Assembly (NCBI GenBank): GCA_023251945.1
Contig: JAHEXT010000001.1
Location: 1-43,759, forward strand
Reading direction: 5' to 3'
Origin: Actinomycetes bacterium
Lineage (GTDB): Bacteria; Actinomycetota; Thermoleophilia; Gaiellales; Gaiellaceae
Length of the DNA stretch: 43,759 nucleotides
In this document: in pieces, positions 24,568 to 34,009 of the stretch
Layout of the letters: each line of letters starts with the position of its first letter
Position numbering within the stretch: the stretch's first letter is position 1
Notes under the pieces: generated by a model
Seen by the model: only the letters and a program-made list of their open reading frames with translations
What the model was told of the DNA's origin: nothing
Database searches by the model: none
Translations under genes and position numbers: made by a program

Positions 24568-25460
24568 GGCGTCAGCCGCTCGCGGGCGAACCCGACGAAT
24601 GCGTCCGCCACGCGCGTGCGCGCCCTTCCCGCGGCAGACGCGAGCGAGATCTCCCGAGTCGCCTCCAGCCCCTGGACACGGGCCTCGGCCAGCGTCCCGG
24701 CTTCCAGATCGGACTCGACCGCCGTCCGGGAGATGAACGTCACGCCGTACCCGGCCTCGACCGCGCGCCGGACGGACTCCTGGAGACCGAGCTCGAGGCG
24801 GACGTCGAGATCGCGCAGCCGCACTCCGCGGCGCCGGAGCGCGTCCTCGACGATCTGGCGCACGCCCGCTCCCTCCTGCATCAGAATCAGAGATTCCCCC
24901 CGCAGCTCGTCGAGGGTCACCGTGCGACCCGAGAACGGGTGGCCCGACGGGCACGCGAGAATGACCTCGTCGGAGAAGAACGGCTCGAAGCGGACACCTC
25001 TGTGCCGCCGAGACGCGCCGACGATCCCGAGCTCGAGCTCCCGCGCTGCGACCCGCTCGATGACGGTGTGCGTGTCCGACACCGTGAGGAAGACGCGAAC
25101 GCCCGCGTTCTCGCGCTGGAACTCGCCGAGGAGGACCGGGACGACGATCGCCGCTGGGCCCGTCGACGCGCCGAGCACGAGATCGCCGGCGAGCTCGCCC
25201 TCCCCGCTCAGCGCGACGTCCGAGACGATCTGATCCTCCAGGGCCAGGAGCCGCTGCGCGCCCCGGTAGAGACGCCAGCCGGACTCGGTGGGCTCGACTC
25301 GGCGGCCGGAGCGATCAAGAAGCTGCGTCCCGAGCCGCTTCTCGAGCGCGCGTACCTGGAGTGACACCGCCGGCTGCGTTACGCCGAGGCGCTCGGCCGC
25401 CTGCGAGAAGCTCCGGCGCTCGACAACGGCGCAGAAGGCGGCAAGTTGCCGCGTATCCAT
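24564..25460 (-). CDS. LysR-family transcriptional regulator
   Basis: N-terminal wHTH FSQAAERLGVTQPAVSLQVRALE followed by a LysR substrate-binding domain. Confidence 0.9.
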   Translation of the reverse strand: MDTRQLAAFCAVVERRSFSQAAERLGVTQPAVSLQVRALEKRLGTQLLDRSGRRVEPTESGWRLYRGAQRLLALEDQIVSDVALSGEGELAGDLVLGASTGPAAIVVPVLLGEFQRENAGVRVFLTVSDTHTVIERVAARELELGIVGASRRHRGVRFEPFFSDEVILACPSGHPFSGRTVTLDELRGESLILMQEGAGVRQIVEDALRRRGVRLRDLDVRLELGLQESVRRAVEAGYGVTFISRTAVESDLEAGTLAEARVQGLEATREISLASAAGRARTRVADAFVGFARERLTP

Positions 25461-25473
25461 AAGCGAAGCTTAT
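25459..25473. promoter_or_regulatory. Candidate LTTR box (T-N11-A dyad) at the lysR start
   Basis: ATAAGC-GAA-GCTTAT is a perfect 6-bp dyad containing T-N11-A. It overlaps the lysR ATG and lies about 28 nt upstream of the divergent DUF354 gene. Confidence 0.5.
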
Positions 25474-25500
25474 CCGTGGCACGGCGGCTAGGGTCAGGCT

Positions 25501-26514
25501 GTGCGCGTCTGGATCGACGTCTCGAACTCTCCGCAGGTCCCGTTCTTCCGGCCTCTGATCGCCCTGCTCGAGGCGCGCGGGCACGACGTCCAAGTCACGA
25601 CGCGAGACTACGCGCAGACCCTGGAACTGCTCCGCCTCCATGGGATCCGCCACGAGGCCGTCGGCCCACGCCACGGCGGACCCGGAGCGTTGAGGAAGGG
25701 GCGCGCGATGGCCGGACGGCTTCGGGCGCTCCGCCGCTTTGCCCGCAGCCGCGACTTCGACATCGCCCTCTCACACGCCTCCCACGAGCTGCCGCTCGTG
25801 GCGCGCTCTCTCGGCGTGCCGTCGGCATACGCCTTCGACTACGAGTTCGCCCGCGCGCAGCACGGCTTTGGGTGCCGGGCCGCACGGCGCGTCGTCGTCC
25901 CCGAGGCGATCCCGCTCGAGCGGCTCAGCCGGCTCGGAGCGCCGGCGCGAAAGGTGCGCCGGTACCCGGGGCTCAAGGAGGAGTACTACCTCGCGGGCTT
26001 CGAGCCGGATCCGGGAGCTCTCGACGCGCTCGGCCTCGACCGCGAGCGCGTACTTGTAGTCGTGCGCACCCCACCCGAGGTGTCGCTCTACCACCGGCAT
26101 GGCAACCCGCTCTTCTCCGACGTGCTCCGAAACCTTGGGTCGAACCCCGCCGTCCAGGCCGTCGTCCTTCCGCGAACGACCGAGCAACGAGCGGCGATCC
26201 GCGCCCTGCGGCTCCCCTCCCTCGTCGTTCCCGAGCAGGCCGTGGACGCACAGAGTCTCGTCTCCCTTGCCGACCTCGTCGTCTCGGCAGGCGGGACGAT
26301 GAACCGCGAGGCCGTCGCACTCGGGGTGCCCGTCTACACCGTCTTCGCAGAGCGGCTCGGCGCGGTGGACGAGGCCCTGATCCAGGAAGGCAGGCTTCGC
26401 CCGCTTCGGGCCGCGAGCGAGCTCGAGCTGGAGAAGCGGCCGACGACCGCACAGGCCGGCGGCCGCGATCCCGGACAGATGCTCGACCTCTTGCTCTCCG
26501 CGCTCGAGGGGTAG
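25501..26514 (+). CDS. DUF354-family protein (GT-B-like, surface-glycan associated)
   Basis: MRVWIDVSNSPQVPFFRPLIALLEARGHDV, TRDYAQTLELL and SAGGTMNREAVALGVP match the DUF354 pattern as I recall it. Confidence 0.7.
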   Translation: MRVWIDVSNSPQVPFFRPLIALLEARGHDVQVTTRDYAQTLELLRLHGIRHEAVGPRHGGPGALRKGRAMAGRLRALRRFARSRDFDIALSHASHELPLVARSLGVPSAYAFDYEFARAQHGFGCRAARRVVVPEAIPLERLSRLGAPARKVRRYPGLKEEYYLAGFEPDPGALDALGLDRERVLVVVRTPPEVSLYHRHGNPLFSDVLRNLGSNPAVQAVVLPRTTEQRAAIRALRLPSLVVPEQAVDAQSLVSLADLVVSAGGTMNREAVALGVPVYTVFAERLGAVDEALIQEGRLRPLRAASELELEKRPTTAQAGGRDPGQMLDLLLSALEG

Positions 26515-26545
26515 CGCGAGTGTCTCGAGGGCGCTTAGCTCGGCT

Positions 26546-28453
26546 TTAGACGGCCTCGGACGCTGGCGTCGCTTCGGCGGCGCCTGCTCCATCTCCGGCC
26601 GGCGCGCCGACGGGCCGCCGCTCCCCGACGATCGCGTTCAGCCGGCCGACGAGATCGAGCGTTTCCCCGTTATCGACGAGGCGCTCCAGCTCGTCGAGCT
26701 CCTCCTCGAGCCAGTGGGCGTCGATCGGAGGACGCGTGACGAGCAGGATCGCCTCGTGGTCCGAGGGCGTCACGGTCTCGGTCTTCGACCAGAGCTCCTC
26801 GTGGAGCTTCTCCCCCGGCCGTGCGCCGACGAACTCGACCTCGACGTCCGTGCCCGGCTCCTTCCCGGAAAGCCGAATCATCGTGTCCGCGAGATCGACG
26901 ATCTTCACCGGGTCACCCATGTCGAGCACGTAGACCTGGCCACGCCCGCCGATCGCGCCGGCCTGGATGACGAGTTGCACAGCCTCTGGGATGGTCATGA
27001 AGTAGCGCGTCATCTCCGGGTGCGTGACGGTGACCGGCCCGCCGCGGGCGATCTGCCGGCGGAAGATCGGGATCACGCTTCCCGAGGACCCGAGCACGTT
27101 TCCGAAGCGGACGCCGCAGAAGCGCGTCTCCGCGTCGTCGTGATGCCCCCACGCCTCGACGATCCACTCGCAGAGAGCCTTCGACTGCCCCATCACCGTC
27201 TTTGCGTTCACGGCCTTGTCCGTGGAAACGAGCACGAACCTCTTCGCTCCGAACTCGACTGCGACGTCGGCGACCGTACGCGTGACGAGTGTGTTGTTCC
27301 TCACCGCTTCCAAGGGGTTCGCTTCCATCAGCGGCACGTGCTTGTACGCGGCGGCGTGGAAGACGACTCCGGGCCGGTACTTCTCGAAGACCTGGCGCAT
27401 CTTGGTCGCGTTTCCCGCATCCGCCAGGACCGCTGCGGTCGCGTGGAACTCGCGCTCGTCGACCAGCTCGCGCTCGATCTCGAAGAGTCCCGGCTCGCCG
27501 TTGTCCACGAGGACGAGCCGTGTCGGAGTCACGCGCGCGATTTGCCTGCAGAGCTCCGATCCGATCGAGCCGCCCGCCCCCGTGACGAGGACGACCTCGC
27601 CCGTCAGGTAGCCGGCGATCGACTCGAGGTCGACTTCCACGGGCTCGCGCCCGAGGAGGTCCTCGACCTCGACCGGCCGGATCTGCCCGGCGAGGTTGGC
27701 TTCGATCAGCTCCGCGAGCCCCGGCAGCGTCTTGACGGGCACCCGCTCCGCGCGAGCGACCTCGACGATCCGCTCGCGCACGTCACCGGACGCGGAGGGG
27801 ATGGCGATGAGGAGCTCGTCGGGACGGCGGTCGCGGAGGAGATGTGGGAGCTCCGTGGTTGTCCCGAGCACGCGAATCCCGTGCAGGCGGAGGTTCTTCT
27901 TGCGCGGGTCGTCGTCGACGAGGCCGATCGGCGTGTAGCCGAGCGCGGGGCTCCGGAGCAGCTCACGCAGGATCAGCTGCGCAGCGTCCCCCGCTCCGAC
28001 GATGATCACCTCCTTGCCGCGGGCGACGATCGCGCCCGCCGCCGGCCGCTCGATCAGCGTCCGTGCGAGGAAGCGCGACCCGGTGACGAATGCGAGCAGG
28101 AGCAGCGTGTCGACGATCCAGATCCCGCGAGGCACCTTCGCCGGGTGGAAGTCGAGGAGAGTGAAGATGAGGAAGACCGCGATCACGGCCACGGTGACGC
28201 CCCGCACCGCGCCCCACATGTCCCGCGTCGACACGTATCGCCACCAGCGGTTGTAGAAGCCGAACGCGATGAAGACCGGGAGCGTGATGCCGACTACGAG
28301 GACGACGACGTCCCAATCCAGGTAGCGGTCGTAGTAAACGGGCCGGGTGTCGCCTTCGAAGCGCACGTACCAGGAGAGCACCCACGCGGCGGCGATCAGA
28401 GCCGCATCGACGACGAGCTGCCAGAGGCGGTGGTGATTGACCGGGGATCTCAT
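26546..28453 (-). CDS. Membrane-bound nucleotide-sugar 4,6-dehydratase/epimerase (CapD/PglF/WbpM family)
   Basis: Four N-terminal TM segments. Rossmann VLVTGAGGSIGSEL; STDKAVNAKTVMGQSKALCE. Start refined to MRSPVNHH (ATGA overlap with the degT stop). Confidence 0.9.
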   Translation of the reverse strand: MRSPVNHHRLWQLVVDAALIAAAWVLSWYVRFEGDTRPVYYDRYLDWDVVVLVVGITLPVFIAFGFYNRWWRYVSTRDMWGAVRGVTVAVIAVFLIFTLLDFHPAKVPRGIWIVDTLLLLAFVTGSRFLARTLIERPAAGAIVARGKEVIIVGAGDAAQLILRELLRSPALGYTPIGLVDDDPRKKNLRLHGIRVLGTTTELPHLLRDRRPDELLIAIPSASGDVRERIVEVARAERVPVKTLPGLAELIEANLAGQIRPVEVEDLLGREPVEVDLESIAGYLTGEVVLVTGAGGSIGSELCRQIARVTPTRLVLVDNGEPGLFEIERELVDEREFHATAAVLADAGNATKMRQVFEKYRPGVVFHAAAYKHVPLMEANPLEAVRNNTLVTRTVADVAVEFGAKRFVLVSTDKAVNAKTVMGQSKALCEWIVEAWGHHDDAETRFCGVRFGNVLGSSGSVIPIFRRQIARGGPVTVTHPEMTRYFMTIPEAVQLVIQAGAIGGRGQVYVLDMGDPVKIVDLADTMIRLSGKEPGTDVEVEFVGARPGEKLHEELWSKTETVTPSDHEAILLVTRPPIDAHWLEEELDELERLVDNGETLDLVGRLNAIVGERRPVGAPAGDGAGAAEATPASEAV

Positions 28454-29535
28454 ACGGGGACACCGAGGGCGGCGCGAACCGTCTCGACGACGCGCTCCTG
28501 CGCCTCGGCTCCAATCCCGCCCCACATCGGCAGCGCCAGGTTCTCGACAGCCGCGCGCTCTGCCTCGGGGAGCGAGCCCGGGCGGTAGCCGAGATGGCGC
28601 ATCGCAGGCTGTAGATGGAGCGGAACGGTGTAGTACGCGGCACTCGCGACGCCCGCCTCCCCTAGCTCATCGGCGACCTTGTCGCGGATGGGTGAGCGGA
28701 CGACGTACATGTGGTAGACGTGCCCGGACTCGTCGCGCGGCAGCTCGACGGCTTCGCCGAGACCGAGCTCCGCGTACCTCGCAGCCGCATCGCGCCGCGC
28801 CGCATTCCAGCCTGTGAGGTGCGGGAGGAAGACGCGTAACGCAGCAGCCTGGATCGCATCGAGGCGGGAGTTCGTTCCCACGAGCTCGAACGTCACCTTG
28901 TCACGCGAGCCGTGGAAGCGCAGCATGCGGACGCGCTCCGCGACGTCGTCGTCACGACAGGCCACGAGCCCGCCGTCGCCGAGCGCGAAGAGGTTCTTCG
29001 TGGGGAAGAAGCTGAAGGTCGAGCACACGCCGGTGCCTGCAACGCCGTCCGCTCCGAACGCCTGAGCCGCGTCCTCGACGAGCGGAAGGCCGAGCGCCTC
29101 GAGCGCGTCCAGCGGCGCGGGGCGACCGAACAGGTGGACGGCGACGATCGCCTTCGTCCGAGGGGTGACCCGCGACGCTACGTCGGCCGGGTCGAGGTTC
29201 AGCGTCGCCGGGTCGATGTCCGCGAACACCGGCGTCGCCCCGACACGGGCGATCGCCTCCGCGGTCGCATAGAACGTGAACGCGGGACAGATCACCTCGT
29301 CGCCGCGCCCGACCCCGAGGGCCTCCAGCGAGAGCACGAGCGCGTCCGTGCCGTTCGCTACGCCGATCGCGTGCGGGACGCCGAGAAACGCGGCCGCCTC
29401 CAGCTCGAAAGCCTCGACCTCCGGGCCGAAGATGAAGCGGCCCGACGCGAGGACGGCAGAGAAGCGCTCCTCGAGCTCCGGGATCAGCGGCGCGTACTGC
29501 GCCTTGACGTCCACGAGCGGGATCGTCTGACTCAC
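28450..29535 (-). CDS. DegT/DnrJ/EryC1/StrS-family PLP-dependent sugar aminotransferase
   Basis: GVANGTDALVLSL and FSFFPTKNLFALGDGG (PLP lysine context). Confidence 0.9.
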   Translation of the reverse strand: MSQTIPLVDVKAQYAPLIPELEERFSAVLASGRFIFGPEVEAFELEAAAFLGVPHAIGVANGTDALVLSLEALGVGRGDEVICPAFTFYATAEAIARVGATPVFADIDPATLNLDPADVASRVTPRTKAIVAVHLFGRPAPLDALEALGLPLVEDAAQAFGADGVAGTGVCSTFSFFPTKNLFALGDGGLVACRDDDVAERVRMLRFHGSRDKVTFELVGTNSRLDAIQAAALRVFLPHLTGWNAARRDAAARYAELGLGEAVELPRDESGHVYHMYVVRSPIRDKVADELGEAGVASAAYYTVPLHLQPAMRHLGYRPGSLPEAERAAVENLALPMWGGIGAEAQERVVETVRAALGVPV

Positions 29536-29570
29536 AGGCGGCGAGTGTAGCGAGGCCCCTTCGGGATGCC

Positions 29571-30257
29571 TCAGCCGGAGGACGACTCCTGGGCAACCCG
29601 CCTGCGGCGAAGGCGGCGGACGACGAGCCAGGCCGCGCCCGCGACGACGGCTGCGACGATCACGTAGTCGAGGTAGCTGAACGCGTCGTGGAGCTCATCC
29701 CAGCTCTCGCCCGCGGCATAGCCGAACCCCGCGAACGTGAAGCACCAGATCGCGGACCCCGCGAGCGTGAGCAGCGTGTAGCGGACGAAGGGCACCTCCA
29801 TCACTCCCGCAGGGATCGAGATGAAGGAGCGGACGACCGGGGTCAGCCGGCCGAGGAAGACCGCCCAGCTCTCCCAGCGCTCGAACCAGCGCTCCGCCCG
29901 GTCGAGCCTCTCGGCATCGAGGTGGAGCCAGCGCCCGTGGCGCTCGAGGTACGGCCGGCCGCCGTAGAGTCCAATCGCCCAGCCGACGATCGCGCCGAGC
30001 GTGTAGCCAAGGGTGCCGGCGAACACGACCGCCACGTACGCGGCGGGGCCGTCCTCGATCGTGTGGCCGAAGAGGACGACGTCCTGGCCGGCAAACGCGC
30101 CCGCAGCGAGCGCGCCCGCGTACATCATCACCACCTCGCTTGCGGCCGGGAACACCGCGTCCACGAACATGAGGGCGAACACCGCGTAGAGGCCGTGGTC
30201 TCCGATCGCGGAGGTGACGGCCTCCGTGACCCCGCTCACTATCGAGGCGACGGGCAC
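29571..30257 (-). CDS. DedA-family membrane protein
   Basis: FPAASEVVMMYAG and GRLTPVVRSFISIPAG signatures. Confidence 0.85.
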   Translation of the reverse strand: MPVASIVSGVTEAVTSAIGDHGLYAVFALMFVDAVFPAASEVVMMYAGALAAGAFAGQDVVLFGHTIEDGPAAYVAVVFAGTLGYTLGAIVGWAIGLYGGRPYLERHGRWLHLDAERLDRAERWFERWESWAVFLGRLTPVVRSFISIPAGVMEVPFVRYTLLTLAGSAIWCFTFAGFGYAAGESWDELHDAFSYLDYVIVAAVVAGAAWLVVRRLRRRRVAQESSSG

Positions 30258-30278
30258 CGGAGGAGTCTAGATAGCCGT

Positions 30279-32069
30279 CTACTTGGAGCCGGCGATCCGG
30301 CGGACCGTGAGCTGCTGCTCGAGCGCGACGGCACCGAGCTCGTTGCTCGCCTCGACGCGCACGGCGTATCGGCCGCCTGCGGCGAGCTTCCCATCGCGGA
30401 GCCGGCCGTCCCAGACCACGGCCTGGTCTCCCGACTCCAAGCGGCGGAGCTCGAGGATTCGGAGGACGACGCCGTCTACCGTCTCCAGCGTGACCTTGAC
30501 GCGCGCTGCCCTCGCCTGCGTCCAGCGGATCGTCGCGCTCCGCCCACCCGGCGGCAGGCGAAGGCGCACAGGCTCGAGCCGGAGGAAGCCGAGGGTCGAG
30601 TTCACGGAAAAGCGCCTGGCCGCCGCCGACGCGAAGCCCTGGTCGTCGGTCGCGGCGACGGTCAGCGTCCAGCGGCCCTCGGCGGGTGGAAGCGGCTCCG
30701 TTGGCTGGGGAGGCGCAGGCGCGCCCTCCGGCGGCGGAAGCGAAGGCGGAGGCGGCGGAGGGAAGGCCACGTCGTACGTGCCCGGCTCTCGCCCAGCCGT
30801 TTCCTGGAATGCAACGGTTGCGTCCGGTGCGGTGAGAGTGACGGTCACGCTCGATGTTCTGACGACCTTGAAGGCGAGAGCCTGCTCCTCGTCGACTCCG
30901 TCGCCGTTCGGGGAGTACACGGAAACCGTGGGCGGGGGGGCGTAGACGCCGAAGTACTGGAGCATGAGCGCCGTGGAGATGGGGCGCTCGCTCCCGTCCG
31001 ACGGGCGGTTCAGCACGGTGCCCTCGAAGGCGAGCGTCGTCGAGCCGCCGCTGTCGAGCGCCATCCCGCGTACCGCGCCGAGGCGCACGAGCGTCTGCGC
31101 CATCTCGAAGGTCGTCATGCCGACCGAGTACCCGGGCTGGCGACCGTCGACGGCGACCAGAAGGACCCGCCCGTCGGCAAGCTGCCCGACCGCCGTCCGG
31201 GGATGCCGAGGCGCAAGCTGATACGTCGTGAACGCCTCGTTCGCACGGAAGACGGGCCTTCCGTCGCGGACGAGTACGGGCCCGCCTCCGATGGCATCGG
31301 CGATCCCCTCCCAGCTGGGCTGGAGGATCAGCCGTGAGGTCACCGTCGTCCCGAGCGTCGCCTCGGACTGAAGCTTCGCGGCCGCGTTCCCGCGCGCGAC
31401 GAGCACGGCCGTTCCCGGGGAGAGACGGACCGGGCCGTCCAGGGCGACGTCCGTAACCGGCGCCGAGAGGTCGGCGTTCGGCAACGCCGCAGGGAAGGGG
31501 GAGAGAGTAACGGCGAACGAGCCGGCGAAGCGGGGTGTCGCCGCTCCCCAGTCGGACGTGAAGAGCGCGATCCCGTTCGGGCCAGGTTCCTCGTTGAACT
31601 CGTTCAGCGCCCTCCGCTGCCCGAGTCCCCTCCAGGTGCCGAAGAAACTGACGCGGCGGACGTCGAGCGTACCGTCGAGCGTGATCCCGGCACTCGAGCG
31701 GCCCGCGTTCGGCGGGCTGACGAGAACCCCGTCCCGGAGCAGCATCCCAGTCGGCTTCCCGTCGGCAATGCGCGAGAAGTCGCCGTTTACTCCAACCATG
31801 GTGGCCTGCCCGGCGAGCCTACGCTGCATCGAGGAGACCGTCTCCCTTCCGAGCACGGACTCGTTCGAGAGCGTTGGCCGAAGGCGGTAGAGACCGACGG
31901 GCCGTGGCCCGCGCACGACGCGGATCGCGACCGGCCCGTGCGGGGTGAACTGGACCCCGCTCTCATAGCTCACGCCAGGGAACAGTGACGTCGTCTGCGC
32001 AGAGGCCTGAGGCGCGCCGAGGACGACGACGAGGGCGGCGAGCGCGGAGACGACAACGAGGCGAAGCAC
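30279..32069 (-). CDS. Secreted phosphodiester glycosidase-family protein (NAGPA/DUF2233-like) with a Pro-rich linker and C-terminal FlgD-Ig-like domains
   Basis: Signal peptide VVSALAALVVVLGAPQASA. VNGDFSRIADGKPTGMLLRDG; VAVDGRQPGYSVGMTTFEMAQTLVRLGAVRGMALDSGGSTTL. C-terminal VVWDGRLRDGKLAAGGRYAVRV. Confidence 0.75.
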   Translation of the reverse strand: MLRLVVVSALAALVVVLGAPQASAQTTSLFPGVSYESGVQFTPHGPVAIRVVRGPRPVGLYRLRPTLSNESVLGRETVSSMQRRLAGQATMVGVNGDFSRIADGKPTGMLLRDGVLVSPPNAGRSSAGITLDGTLDVRRVSFFGTWRGLGQRRALNEFNEEPGPNGIALFTSDWGAATPRFAGSFAVTLSPFPAALPNADLSAPVTDVALDGPVRLSPGTAVLVARGNAAAKLQSEATLGTTVTSRLILQPSWEGIADAIGGGPVLVRDGRPVFRANEAFTTYQLAPRHPRTAVGQLADGRVLLVAVDGRQPGYSVGMTTFEMAQTLVRLGAVRGMALDSGGSTTLAFEGTVLNRPSDGSERPISTALMLQYFGVYAPPPTVSVYSPNGDGVDEEQALAFKVVRTSSVTVTLTAPDATVAFQETAGREPGTYDVAFPPPPPPSLPPPEGAPAPPQPTEPLPPAEGRWTLTVAATDDQGFASAAARRFSVNSTLGFLRLEPVRLRLPPGGRSATIRWTQARAARVKVTLETVDGVVLRILELRRLESGDQAVVWDGRLRDGKLAAGGRYAVRVEASNELGAVALEQQLTVRRIAGSK

Positions 32070-32141
32070 GGCCCAGCCGAGGGTACCCGAACCCGAAGCC
32101 TCGATTTGCAGGCTCTTACAGGATTCGTACAGCCCGTAGGG

Positions 32142-33251
32142 TTAGTTCCAGACGCGGACCTCTCGGTACAGCGTGTCGCGCTGCACCGGGATCTTCCCCA
32201 GTGCTTTGATCAGGTGGACGAGCTCCTCGGTCGTCGTGCGGTGGGTCGTGCCGGCGGCGGAGACGACGTTCTCCTCGATCATCACGGAGCCCATGTCGTC
32301 CGCGCCGAAGCCGAGCGCGACCTGGCCGACCTTCATCCCCTGCGTCACCCAGGAGGACTGGATGTGCGGGACGTTGTCGAGGTAGATGCGGGAGACGGCC
32401 TGTGTGAGCAGGTAGTCGAACGAGGTCGGCCGGTCCTCCTCGCGCACGACGTCGTCGAGGCGGTTCCCGTCCCGCTGGAAGGTCCAGGAGATGAACGCCC
32501 GGAAACCTCGGGTCTCGTCCTGGAGCTCGCGGATCCGATGCATGTGCTCGACGCGTTCCTCGAGCGTCTCGACGTGGCCGTACATCATCGTCGCCGTCGT
32601 CGACATCCCCAGGCGATGCGCCTGGCGCATGACGTCGAGCCATTCGTCCGTCTTCGTCTTCTTCGGCGCGATGATCTTGCGGACTCGATCCACGAGAATC
32701 TCTGCGCCGCCGCCGGGTAGCGAGTCGAGACCGGAGTCGCGAAGCCGCGAGAGCGTCTCCGGGATGGTGAGCTTCGAGCGCCGCGCGATGTGCTGCACCT
32801 CGGAGGGGGAGAGCGCGTGCAGGTGGATCTTGTAGCGCGCCTTGATGGAGCGGAAGAGATCCTCGTAGTAGTCGATCCCGAGATCGGGATGGTGGCCGCC
32901 CTGCATGAGCAGCCCCGTGCCGCCGATCGCGAGCGTCTCCTCGATCTTCTTGTAGATCACCGGCTTCGGGAGGAGGTAGCCCTCTCGCTGGTCCCCCGGG
33001 CGGCGATAGAAGGCGCAGAAGTCGCAGTCCGTGACGCAGACGTTCGTGTAGTTGAGGTTCCGGTCGACGATGAACGTGACCCGCGTGGAGTCGTTCAGGC
33101 GGTTGCGAACCTCGTTCGCTACCCGGCCCACGGCGACGAGGTCGCGCGAGCGGAGCAGCGCGACGGCGTCCTCGTCGGAGAGCCGCTCGCCGTCGAGCGC
33201 CTTCTCGAGAGCGTCCTCGACGGACGGCCCCGCCGGAGCGAGCGTCGTCAC
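32142..33251 (-). CDS. mqnC: Cyclic dehypoxanthinyl futalosine synthase (radical SAM)
   Basis: NLNYTNVCVTDCDFCAFYR (CxxxCxxC), MQGGHHPDLGIDYYE, FRAFISW, GADDMGSVMIEENVVSAAG. This resembles Streptomyces MqnC as I recall it. GTG start refined to 33251 (GTGA overlap). Confidence 0.8.
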   Translation of the reverse strand: MTTLAPAGPSVEDALEKALDGERLSDEDAVALLRSRDLVAVGRVANEVRNRLNDSTRVTFIVDRNLNYTNVCVTDCDFCAFYRRPGDQREGYLLPKPVIYKKIEETLAIGGTGLLMQGGHHPDLGIDYYEDLFRSIKARYKIHLHALSPSEVQHIARRSKLTIPETLSRLRDSGLDSLPGGGAEILVDRVRKIIAPKKTKTDEWLDVMRQAHRLGMSTTATMMYGHVETLEERVEHMHRIRELQDETRGFRAFISWTFQRDGNRLDDVVREEDRPTSFDYLLTQAVSRIYLDNVPHIQSSWVTQGMKVGQVALGFGADDMGSVMIEENVVSAAGTTHRTTTEELVHLIKALGKIPVQRDTLYREVRVWN

Positions 33252-34009
33252 ACCTTCGCCTCCTCCCGCACGAAACGGAGCTCGGGCACGTGCGCGAGCT
33301 CGCCGGCATCGCGGGCCATCTCGAGGAACGTGTAGAGGCCCGCGCGCTCCCGGGGTCCGAAGCTGTAGCGGAGCTTTTCGAAGTAGCGCGCGAGGAAGCC
33401 CGGCGGGTAGCCGTAGGTCTCGCTCGCCTGCTTTGCCAGAAGCTCGGGCTCCGAACGCGCGAGCCGCACCGAGGCGACGAGCGCGTGCTCGAGCTCGATC
33501 AGCCCCTCGGCGACGGGCTCCGGCGCCGCCCAGACCGCGAACACCATCGGCAGCCCCGTCCGGTCGAGCCACAGGCGGCCAAGGTCGAAGTGCGGCGTCG
33601 GGTCCTCGAACGCGCTGCGGAGCGCGGCGTCCCCGATCAACAGGGTCGCGTCCGCATCGATCCCGAGCGGCAGGATCTCGGCCTTTGGCAAGAGAATGCG
33701 GACGAGGACGACCGAGGTCGCGCTCTCCGGGGTCACCGCAACGGAGCGCACCTGGCCGAACGGCATCCGCGTCACGAGCTGGATCGAGTCCACGGCGCCC
33801 TCGGAGGACACGCACATTCGGGGCAGGATGCGGAGCCGGTCGGCGTTTCGTGCGTACTCGATCGACGGGATCGGCGCGACATCGAGCTCGCCGTCGAGGA
33901 GCATCCGGTTGAGCTCGGTGGGGACGCCGGCGACCTCCTCGACGTCGGCCTCCAGCCCGTAGAAGACAGGCGCCATGTTGACGTAGGAGATCCGCCCCAG
34001 TCTGATCAT
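33248..34009 (-). CDS. mqnA: Chorismate dehydratase (futalosine pathway)
   Basis: MIRLGRISYVNMAPVFYGL..., IPSIEY, periplasmic-binding-like fold family. Start refined to 34009 (ATGA overlap with the upstream small gene). Confidence 0.85.
   Translation of the reverse strand: MIRLGRISYVNMAPVFYGLEADVEEVAGVPTELNRMLLDGELDVAPIPSIEYARNADRLRILPRMCVSSEGAVDSIQLVTRMPFGQVRSVAVTPESATSVVLVRILLPKAEILPLGIDADATLLIGDAALRSAFEDPTPHFDLGRLWLDRTGLPMVFAVWAAPEPVAEGLIELEHALVASVRLARSEPELLAKQASETYGYPPGFLARYFEKLRYSFGPRERAGLYTFLEMARDAGELAHVPELRFVREEAKV

Noticed and set aside
26714-28588. 624-aa plus ORF antisense to capD, and a 557-aa plus ORF (38562-40235) antisense to qcrB/qcrA
   Set aside because: These are shadow ORFs with Arg/Asp/Glu/Pro-rich low-complexity products. 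The opposite strand carries unmistakable CapD, cytochrome b and Rieske motifs.
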